41,123 nucleotides of DNA from a virus (lineage: Duplodnaviria > Heunggongvirae > Uroviricota > Caudoviricetes). A program made the position numbers and the translations under genes. The notes beneath the pieces were generated by a model. The model worked only from the letters and a program-made list of their open reading frames with translations. It did no database searches and was not told the DNA's origin. Numbering within the stretch: the stretch's first letter is position 1; each line of letters starts with the position of its first letter. This document shows positions 34,883 to 41,123 of this stretch, piece after piece. The DNA is taken from IMG/VR virus record IMGVR_UViG_2565956719_000013. One strand, written 5' to 3'.

Positions 34883-34897
34883 TTACCTATGAGGTGC
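34883..34897. promoter_or_regulatory. operator-like dyad, imperfect (TTACC-N5-GGTGC), in switch region
   Basis: AGTTACCtatgaGGTGC; 16 bp centre-to-centre from the next dyad. Confidence 0.45.
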
Positions 34898-34898
34898 A

Positions 34899-34913
34899 TT
34901 TACCTGTTGGGTA
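34899..34913. promoter_or_regulatory. operator-like dyad TTACC-N5-GGTAA in switch region
   Basis: TTTACCtgttgGGTAAT between cro-like and CI-like genes. Confidence 0.6.
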
Positions 34914-34969
34914 ATATTGCTTTAAATTGAATCATCTACTGATTCATATATGAGGCGATTTTCCAGAAA

Positions 34970-35554
34970 ATGAAAAGTATCCAGGACGTCCGCAGGCAAA
35001 ATCTCAACGACTTGATCGACCGTGAATTCAATGGTGTTCAGACGCGGATGGCAGAAAAACTTGGAACTCAGGCAAATCTGGTAAACCGCTGGGCTCTTGG
35101 CAAGAAGGTTATCGGCGACCAGGTTGCGCGAAAAATTGAAGCTGCCGCCAATAAACCCCGTAACTGGCTTGATATTGATCGCTCGCTTTCTCAGGAGGGT
35201 TTTCAGCCTGTCGGCCCGAGCGATATAGGTCAGCTGGCGGCTCACAACCTGGAACGCTGGATGAGCGAAAGCCGCGACCTTTCAACGCAGGGAAAACTAC
35301 ACCGCGCATCCGGCGTCGCCCAGGTGACAATCAGCCGCCTGTTAAACAATGAGGTCAGCGTTTCCATTTCCACCCTGGAGAATGTTGCATCCGCATTCGG
35401 GCGTCACGGCTATGAACTACTGATTCACCCGCACGACCCTGCGACTATCAACTATGACCGCTCACGCTACGCATTGTTACCCGAAACCGAGAAAGCAAAG
35501 ATCGAAAGTTACATTGAATTTGTCATCAACCAGAACGAAAAAAACAAACAATAA
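34970..35554 (+). CDS. CI-like repressor with two HTH domains, no S24 peptidase domain
   Basis: 194 aa; HTH-like segments QTRMAEKLGTQANLVNRW and SGVAQVTISRLLNNEVSVSISTLENVASAF; no Ser-Lys protease region; poor RBS; 7-codon upstream mini-ORF ends in ATGA at the start. Confidence 0.65.
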   Translation: MKSIQDVRRQNLNDLIDREFNGVQTRMAEKLGTQANLVNRWALGKKVIGDQVARKIEAAANKPRNWLDIDRSLSQEGFQPVGPSDIGQLAAHNLERWMSESRDLSTQGKLHRASGVAQVTISRLLNNEVSVSISTLENVASAFGRHGYELLIHPHDPATINYDRSRYALLPETEKAKIESYIEFVINQNEKNKQ

Positions 35555-35574
35555 AATCATACTTTTCAGTAAGT

Positions 35575-35598
35575 AAGCCGCCTTCTGGCGGCTTTTTT
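35575..35598 (+). terminator. intrinsic terminator after CI-like gene
   Basis: GCCGCC-TTCT-GGCGGC hairpin followed by T6. Confidence 0.7.
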
Positions 35599-35611
35599 AT
35601 TGCCTATACTA

Positions 35612-35626
35612 TTACCTAATGGGTAA
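35612..35626. promoter_or_regulatory. operator-like dyad TTACC-N5-GGTAA
   Basis: ATTACCtaatgGGTAAT downstream of CI-like terminator. Confidence 0.55.
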
Positions 35627-35673
35627 TTTTTTTAACTCATATCTATTGACATCAAACCAAATACGCATAATTA

Positions 35674-35688
35674 TTACCTCAACGGTAA
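35674..35688. promoter_or_regulatory. operator-like dyad TTACC-N5-GGTAA at early rightward promoter
   Basis: ATTACCtcaacGGTAAC; TTGACA at 35646-35651 upstream; ~20 bp before ATG 35708. Confidence 0.55.
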
Positions 35689-35707
35689 CAGACCGAGGTA
35701 ACAAGTT

Positions 35708-35860
35708 ATGCAGTGGAAAATCATCAACGGTTGGTACTGCGTTACTGCATGCGGATTCATGAGCTGGAAGTTCCGCACCTTACAGGAAGGCATTAAGTGG
35801 GCTTTCGTCAGCAAAGAAGCTCGCGATGTGGCCAACGATAACGAGATATGGGAGGGCTGA
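35708..35860 (+). CDS. small hypothetical protein, 50 aa (not in ORF track)
   Basis: GAGGT RBS; ATG 35708; stop TGA 35858-35860. Confidence 0.3.
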   Translation: MQWKIINGWYCVTACGFMSWKFRTLQEGIKWAFVSKEARDVANDNEIWEG

Positions 35861-35862
35861 TA

Positions 35863-36162
35863 ATGAACGTTAATCAGCAGAAAAATCTTCAAAAAATCAT
35901 GCTGGCATTCGACAAGGACTACCGCCTGTCAGAACAGCTATATGACCGACAAGTTGAACTGATCGAGAGCATCCGGCTTCATCAACTGGCCTCAACTTTT
36001 GACGCTGTAACAGGCAAAGGAGTTCGCCATGAAGTGCTGGAGGCAGCTAAAGACAGCCCTGAGTTCGAAGAACTTATGGATGCCTACCGGCGCGAGGCAA
36101 TGGCAATTATCGCCCGCTGGGATCTGGCGGATCAGCTTGATGGACAGAGGGACGCGGCATGA
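35863..36162 (+). CDS. hypothetical protein
   Basis: start moved to ATG 35863 (GGGAGGG RBS); ATGA overlap with nuclease gene. Confidence 0.5.
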   Translation: MNVNQQKNLQKIMLAFDKDYRLSEQLYDRQVELIESIRLHQLASTFDAVTGKGVRHEVLEAAKDSPEFEELMDAYRREAMAIIARWDLADQLDGQRDAA

Positions 36163-36980
36163 AACCGGGAATTTATTTCGACATCAGCAACGAAGACTAC
36201 CACGCCGGTGACGGCGTGAGTAAGTCGCAACTGGACATGGTTGCCAAGAATCCGGCGCTTCTTAAATGGGTTCAGGCAGCACCAGAAGACGAAGAGAAAA
36301 AGTCTGCACTGGATATGGGAACCGCATTGCACTGTCTGCTTCTGGAGCCTGGAGAGTTCGACAAACGCTTCATTGTTTCACCGAAATTCGATCGTCGGAC
36401 GAAACAAGGTAAAGCTGACGAAGAGGCATTTCTTCGTGATATTGCGGATATGGGGATTTCGGTACTTGATGCAGAGCAGTGGCGGAAACTGGAGCTGATG
36501 CGTGATAGCGCAATGGCTCACCCGGCGGCACGCTGGATGCTGGAAGCACCTGGTTACTGCGAAGCATCAATGTACTGGAACGATGAAGATACTGGTGAGT
36601 TGTGCCGCATTCGTCCAGACAAATGGCTGAACGAGCACAACGTGATCGTCGACGTGAAAAAGGTTGCAGATATGGACCGTTTTGCACGCCACATCGAGGA
36701 ATTCCGCTACCACGTGCAGGACGCAATGTACCGCGAAGGCGCAATGAGGGTTACTGGTCAGCCGCATGGTTTTTTCTTTCTTGCCGTGAGCGAAAGCATT
36801 GATTGTGGTCGATATCCGGTACGCGTGTTCGAGCTGGATGCGCCGGATGTCGATGCCGGGCACGCTCTGTTCCGCCGGGATCTGAATACCTATCACGAAT
36901 GCCGCATCAACGATGAGTGGGGCGGAGTGGAAATTATTAAACGCCCTGACTGGGCACGTAAACAGGATATGTACGTATGA
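36159..36980 (+). CDS. PD-(D/E)xK-type exonuclease (RecE C-terminal-domain-like)
   Basis: 273 aa; N-terminal GIYFDISNEDYHAGDGVSKSQL recalled for this family; coupled to annealase gene. Confidence 0.55.
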   Translation: MKPGIYFDISNEDYHAGDGVSKSQLDMVAKNPALLKWVQAAPEDEEKKSALDMGTALHCLLLEPGEFDKRFIVSPKFDRRTKQGKADEEAFLRDIADMGISVLDAEQWRKLELMRDSAMAHPAARWMLEAPGYCEASMYWNDEDTGELCRIRPDKWLNEHNVIVDVKKVADMDRFARHIEEFRYHVQDAMYREGAMRVTGQPHGFFFLAVSESIDCGRYPVRVFELDAPDVDAGHALFRRDLNTYHECRINDEWGGVEIIKRPDWARKQDMYV

Positions 36981-37858
36981 GCAATGATATCGCAATCACA
37001 TCACAACCAGGCGCAACTGTAGGTACTGCTGCGGCAATCTTCAGCCCGGAGGGCATGAATCAACTGGTGCGTTTCGCGGAGTTGATGTCACAAAGCAAAG
37101 CGACTGTACCGAAACATCTTGAAGGCAAACCTGCCGATTGTCTGGCGGTGACCATGCAGGCGGCACAGTGGGGAATGAACCCTTTCGCCGTGGCGCAGAA
37201 AACGCATGTGGTAAACGGAACGTTAGGCTACGAAGCACAGTTGGTAAACGCGGTCGTATCCTCTTCCAGCCTGCTGGCGACACGCCTTAATTATCGCTGG
37301 AGCGGTGACTGGTCGAATGTTAACGGCAAAACAGATAAATCACCGAATCTGACGGTAACTGTGTCAGCAGTTCTTAAAGGTGAAACAGAACCCCGTGAGC
37401 TTACCATCAGTATGGCGCAAGCCGGAGTGCGTAACTCTCCATTGTGGGAACAGGATCCGCGCCAGCAGCTTGCCTATCTTTGCACGAAACGATGGGCTCG
37501 CCTGCACGCTCCTGATGTGCTTCTCGGTGTTTACACCCCTGACGAATTACAGGAAACGGCACCGCGCGTTGAGCGAGACATTACTCCGCAAACAACTACT
37601 GCTGCGGGAATGAACAGTCTGATCAACGCTAAACCAGTGAAAAAGCCTGATGAGCAAACTCGTAAAGCGGATAGCCGTGATCCAGAAGAAATGCTGATGG
37701 CCTTTACCAGCGCAGCGATGAATTACAGCACTGTCTCCGAACTGGATAAGGCTTACAAATACATTGCACAAAAACTTTCAGATGATGACGAACTGCTGGC
37801 AAAAGCCACCGACGTTTACAGCGTTCGTCGGGAAGAATTAAACGAAACATCTATGTAA
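36977..37858 (+). CDS. single-strand annealing protein, Bet/RecT family
   Basis: 293 aa; ERDITP and NPFAVAQ segments parallel lambda Bet as recalled. Confidence 0.6.
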   Translation: MSNDIAITSQPGATVGTAAAIFSPEGMNQLVRFAELMSQSKATVPKHLEGKPADCLAVTMQAAQWGMNPFAVAQKTHVVNGTLGYEAQLVNAVVSSSSLLATRLNYRWSGDWSNVNGKTDKSPNLTVTVSAVLKGETEPRELTISMAQAGVRNSPLWEQDPRQQLAYLCTKRWARLHAPDVLLGVYTPDELQETAPRVERDITPQTTTAAGMNSLINAKPVKKPDEQTRKADSRDPEEMLMAFTSAAMNYSTVSELDKAYKYIAQKLSDDDELLAKATDVYSVRREELNETSM

Positions 37859-37907
37859 CCACCACCGCGGCGCCACGCGCGCCGCACTGCAACCAAGAGA
37901 GGTATTT

Positions 37908-38156
37908 ATGAAAGGTGCATTAGGTAAGAAGGAACTCCTGGCGGTGGTGCCACTGTCATGGAGCACTATCGACCGTATGGAGCGCGCAGGGGAATTTCCT
38001 AAACGCTGGTATATCACCGATAAACGCTGCGCATGGAACCGTGACGAAGTTGAGCGTTGGCTTGATGAACGTCAGGCAGCAAGCCCGGCAGAGTTCCAGG
38101 GTAAAAAACCTCCTGTTCAGCAACGTGTATATCGTCCCGTGAGCAACGCTGCATGA
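37908..38156 (+). CDS. AlpA-family DNA-binding protein (excisionase/regulator-like)
   Basis: GAGAGG RBS; 82 aa; LLAVVPLSWSTIDRMERAGEFPKRWYITDKRCAWNRDEVERWL fits AlpA HTH pattern. Confidence 0.6.
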   Translation: MKGALGKKELLAVVPLSWSTIDRMERAGEFPKRWYITDKRCAWNRDEVERWLDERQAASPAEFQGKKPPVQQRVYRPVSNAA

Positions 38157-38265
38157 GTGCGCTGCTAAGGCACTGGATCAAATGGTCAGGATGGTACTTA
38201 TTCCTGGCCTCTGTTTCAGCATGGCTTTATCTGCTGGCATTAATTTTCAGAGAGGGTTGGATTAA

Positions 38266-38565
38266 GTGAGAAAGTTAAGCCGACTTGAAAAATATAACAT
38301 GAACAAGGTTTCAATGCGCAGCCATTCAAAGATTGTCGCCGTTACTCCTGCGGCGATAGAGATCGAAAAACGCGCGATTGAAAGAGAGAAAAAAGGGCAG
38401 TTCCGCATTGCCGCTCACCTTTGGCTTCAGTGTATGGATGTTGCTTCTGGTGATGTTGAGCGTGCAAGGATCGCGGTTCGCAGGGACCAATGTATCACAA
38501 AAGGTAACGGCCTTCGCCGTGGAGACTATAGCGGTATAGGATGTTGCGGGGTGGTTTATGACTAA
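38266..38565 (+). CDS. small hypothetical protein, possible regulator
   Basis: GTG start with GAGAGGG RBS or internal ATG 38314; start uncertain. Confidence 0.35.
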   Translation: MRKLSRLEKYNMNKVSMRSHSKIVAVTPAAIEIEKRAIEREKKGQFRIAAHLWLQCMDVASGDVERARIAVRRDQCITKGNGLRRGDYSGIGCCGVVYD

Positions 38566-39208
38566 GAAATACACACTAATCTATGCAGATCCACCCTGGG
38601 TATACCGGGACAAAGCCGCAGATGGTAATCGCGGTGCCGGTTTTAAATATCCGGTTATGAGTGTGCTGGATATCTGCCGCCTTCCTGTGTGGGATTTGGC
38701 CGATGAAAACTGTCTGTTGGCCATGTGGTGGGTGCCAACACAACCACTCGAAGCACTAAAAGTTGTTGAAGCCTGGGGATTCCGTCTGATGACGATGAAG
38801 GGCTTCACGTGGATAAAATGTGGTAGTCGACAACCAGATAAACTGGTTATGGGTATGGGACACATGACTCGCGCCAATAGTGAAGATTGCCTGTTTGCGG
38901 TAAAGGGAAAACTACCTACGCGCATTAATGCAGGGATCGTTCAGTCATTTACCGCACCGCGGCTTGAGCATTCAAGAAAACCAGATATCGTTCGTGAAAA
39001 ACTTGTGCAATTGTTAGGCGATGTTTCTCGCATTGAACTGTTCGCCCGCCAGACGTCTCATGGCTTTGATGTTTGGGGTAATCAGTGCGAAGACCCGGCA
39101 GTGCAACTACATCCTGGATACGCGTTGGATATTGGCGGATTAACAAATGCATTCAGCAATGCTCCGCTGTCACCAACAGACAACCAGGGGCGGGAGCGTG
39201 CAGCATGA
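38558..39208 (+). CDS. MT-A70-family DNA N6-adenine methyltransferase
   Basis: 216 aa; IYADPPWVY (DPPW) motif near N-terminus; no adjacent restriction gene. Confidence 0.8.
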   Translation: MTKKYTLIYADPPWVYRDKAADGNRGAGFKYPVMSVLDICRLPVWDLADENCLLAMWWVPTQPLEALKVVEAWGFRLMTMKGFTWIKCGSRQPDKLVMGMGHMTRANSEDCLFAVKGKLPTRINAGIVQSFTAPRLEHSRKPDIVREKLVQLLGDVSRIELFARQTSHGFDVWGNQCEDPAVQLHPGYALDIGGLTNAFSNAPLSPTDNQGRERAA

Positions 39209-39864
39209 ACCTATATCAACGCATCAATGGCGCTGACTGGTGCAATATCTTCGTCGTCGGCGATCTGCATGGGTGCTACACACTGCTGATGAACGAACTC
39301 GACAAAGTTTCATTCGACCCGGCGCGCGATTTGCTTATTTCCGTTGGTGACCTTGTTGACCGCGGCGCTGAAAACGTCGAATGCCTGGATTTGATTACTA
39401 TGCCGTGGTTCCGAGCTGTTCGTGGCAACCATGAGCAGATGATGCTGGATGCACTGGTCAACGGCGGAAGTTTCGGACATTGGATGTCAAACGGCGGTGG
39501 ATGGTGGCACCAACTTGATTCTGAGCAGGATGTGCAACTCAAATACCTTCTGCCAAAGGTTACCAACCTCCCGATGATTATCGAACTGGTTACCGGCAAT
39601 AAGAAGGTCGTCATCTGCCACGCAGACTACCCGCACAACGAATACGCATTCGATAAGCCAGTACCGGAAGAAATGGTGATATGGAATCGTGAGCGGGTTA
39701 GCGACGCGCAGGACGGTATTGTCTCGGAGATAACCGGTGCCGATTTGTTCATCTTCGGTCATACGCCAGCACATCACCCACTGGTGTATGCAAACCAAAT
39801 GTACATCGACACCGGCGCAGTGTTCTGCGGAAATCTGACGCTTACCAAAGTCCAGGAAGGATAG
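39205..39864 (+). CDS. Ser/Thr protein phosphatase (metallophosphoesterase)
   Basis: GDLHG, GDLVDRG and GNHE motifs; ATGA overlap with methyltransferase stop. Confidence 0.85.
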   Translation: MNLYQRINGADWCNIFVVGDLHGCYTLLMNELDKVSFDPARDLLISVGDLVDRGAENVECLDLITMPWFRAVRGNHEQMMLDALVNGGSFGHWMSNGGGWWHQLDSEQDVQLKYLLPKVTNLPMIIELVTGNKKVVICHADYPHNEYAFDKPVPEEMVIWNRERVSDAQDGIVSEITGADLFIFGHTPAHHPLVYANQMYIDTGAVFCGNLTLTKVQEG

Positions 39865-39866
39865 AA

Positions 39867-41123
39867 TTATTTATTACTGTCTTCCATCCACCTCTCAAAC
39901 TTCGACGGGGAGAACGGAATCAGATCTGTATGCTCCCCGTTAATCCAGGAATCAATCATATCGGCCCACTGCTGCAACATGTAGGCGCGCTGTCTGGCGT
40001 ATTCCGCTTTGTTATATACGGCGCGCACACCTTTCTGCTCATGTGCCAGAGCCTTTTCAATCCAGTCTGAAGGATAACCAGCCTCATGCAACAACGTACT
40101 GGCTGTACGGCGCATATCGTGTACGGTGAAGCCCTGAATATGCTCACCATCTTCATTTATTATTTTCACCGTTCTGTCGATCAGAGAGTTCAGCGCGGCA
40201 TTAGATAATGGCTTCCGGAAATTGTAACGACCAGGAACCAGATATTCACTTCCACCAGCGCACATCTGCAACCCGACCAATATATCCTGAGCCTGTTTAG
40301 GCAGGTAAATAACATGCGCCCGGCTTCCCTTCATGCGGTCTGAAGGAATTGTCCATGTCCATTTTTTAAAATCTATTTCATCCCACGTTGCATTGGTGAA
40401 TTCGCCCTTACGAACCATAGTGATAAGCACCAGTTTTAAAGCCATTTTCATAGTGCCCATAGCACCAATGGCATCCAGCGTGCGGAAGAACAGGCCAATT
40501 TCTTCTGGTGTCAGTGTTCGCTCTCGTGGTTTAAATATGGCGATAGACGAAGGTTTAATGTCAGCCGCAGGATTAAACAAACCATGACCACGGTCATTGG
40601 CGTGACGGTATACGCTGCTGATGATCTCCCTGGCCTGTACTGCTGTTGCCCGACCACCGCGTTCGACAATCCGGTCACACAAATCACGAACCATCGATGT
40701 GGTAATTTCAGCCATCATTTTGTTACCAAGAACAGGAAGTATGTCACGGTCGATCACCGCCTGCTTCATTGCGCGGGTACTGTCAGCCAGGATGACGTGT
40801 TTCATATAACTGTCGGTATGTACCGCAAACGTCTCGGCACCACGAATCTTTTTGATACCGTCACGTTTAGCCGCAGCCGGTGACTGGCCTGCTTTAAGCA
40901 GCTTCTTTGCAGCAATCAGTTCTTCTCGCGCTTCTGCCAGGCTGATACCGTCACGCCCATACTGCCCGATTACCAGTGTTTCGCGGCGACCGTTGATACG
41001 GTAGTCATAGCGAAACGAGACCGTGCCTGACGTAAGCACAGCTACATACAGCCCGTCACGATCGGAGACCTTGTACAGTTTGTCCTGCGGCTTGAGGTTT
41101 TTTAATTTTGTATCGGTAAGCAC
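39867..41123 (-). CDS. tyrosine integrase (P4-like family); 5' end at or just beyond window edge
   Basis: 418 aa in window; N-terminal LTDTKLKNLKP...DRDGLYVAV pattern; C-terminal catalytic region with HDMRRT and final Tyr-containing segment; first in-window codon is GTG. Confidence 0.85.
   Translation of the reverse strand: MLTDTKLKNLKPQDKLYKVSDRDGLYVAVLTSGTVSFRYDYRINGRRETLVIGQYGRDGISLAEAREELIAAKKLLKAGQSPAAAKRDGIKKIRGAETFAVHTDSYMKHVILADSTRAMKQAVIDRDILPVLGNKMMAEITTSMVRDLCDRIVERGGRATAVQAREIISSVYRHANDRGHGLFNPAADIKPSSIAIFKPRERTLTPEEIGLFFRTLDAIGAMGTMKMALKLVLITMVRKGEFTNATWDEIDFKKWTWTIPSDRMKGSRAHVIYLPKQAQDILVGLQMCAGGSEYLVPGRYNFRKPLSNAALNSLIDRTVKIINEDGEHIQGFTVHDMRRTASTLLHEAGYPSDWIEKALAHEQKGVRAVYNKAEYARQRAYMLQQWADMIDSWINGEHTDLIPFSPSKFERWMEDSNK

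Larger units (their letters stand above)
1290..41123. mobile_element. temperate podovirus-type prophage; right end beyond window, left end unresolved
   Basis: contiguous lysis, tailspike, head/tail morphogenesis, terminase, replication, immunity, recombination and integrase genes. Confidence 0.85.

Noticed and set aside
38266-38565. Assignment of the 99-aa product to a named small-regulator family
   Set aside because: Similarity is only a vague impression; left as hypothetical.

Overview
The window is almost entirely one temperate, podovirus-type prophage, running from the lysis cassette at ~1.3 kb to a tyrosine integrase gene that reaches the right edge. Only the first ~1.1 kb (two + strand secreted/lipoprotein genes ending at a bidirectional terminator) may be host flank or a moron. 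Left to right: lysis cassette (holin, GH19-type endolysin, Rz/Rz1; minus strand); a 1039-aa tailspike; a + strand accessory island (SOS-box gene, Bro-N antirepressor, orphan genes); a ~19 kb leftward morphogenesis operon (small/large terminase, T7-like portal, scaffold, capsid, tail-tube A/B-like proteins, large internal/ejection proteins) interrupted by a + strand tRNA-Arg(UCU)/Gp49-like cassette; a lambda-like replication module (O-like initiator with internal iterons, P-like helicase loader); a cro-like/CI-like immunity switch; a rightward early operon (RecE-like nuclease, Bet/RecT-like annealase, AlpA-like regulator, MT-A70 methyltransferase, Ser/Thr phosphatase); and the integrase. No rRNA, CRISPR array or IS element was seen. 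The most notable observations are: (1) a 15-bp dyad TTACC-N5-GGTAA at 11 intergenic sites, a candidate dispersed operator; (2) a LexA box driving a small paralog of the antirepressor C-terminal domain, next to a highly structured antirepressor leader, with a repressor that lacks an autocleavage domain; (3) a chimeric tailspike with Asp-box motifs and a C-terminal chaperone-type domain, a candidate endosialidase; (4) a 12-bp palindrome GTGACATGTCAC overlapping TGA stop codons beside terminators at operon boundaries. All coordinates come from manual reading anchored on the ORF track; family assignments are from memory of protein families and were not checked by any database search.
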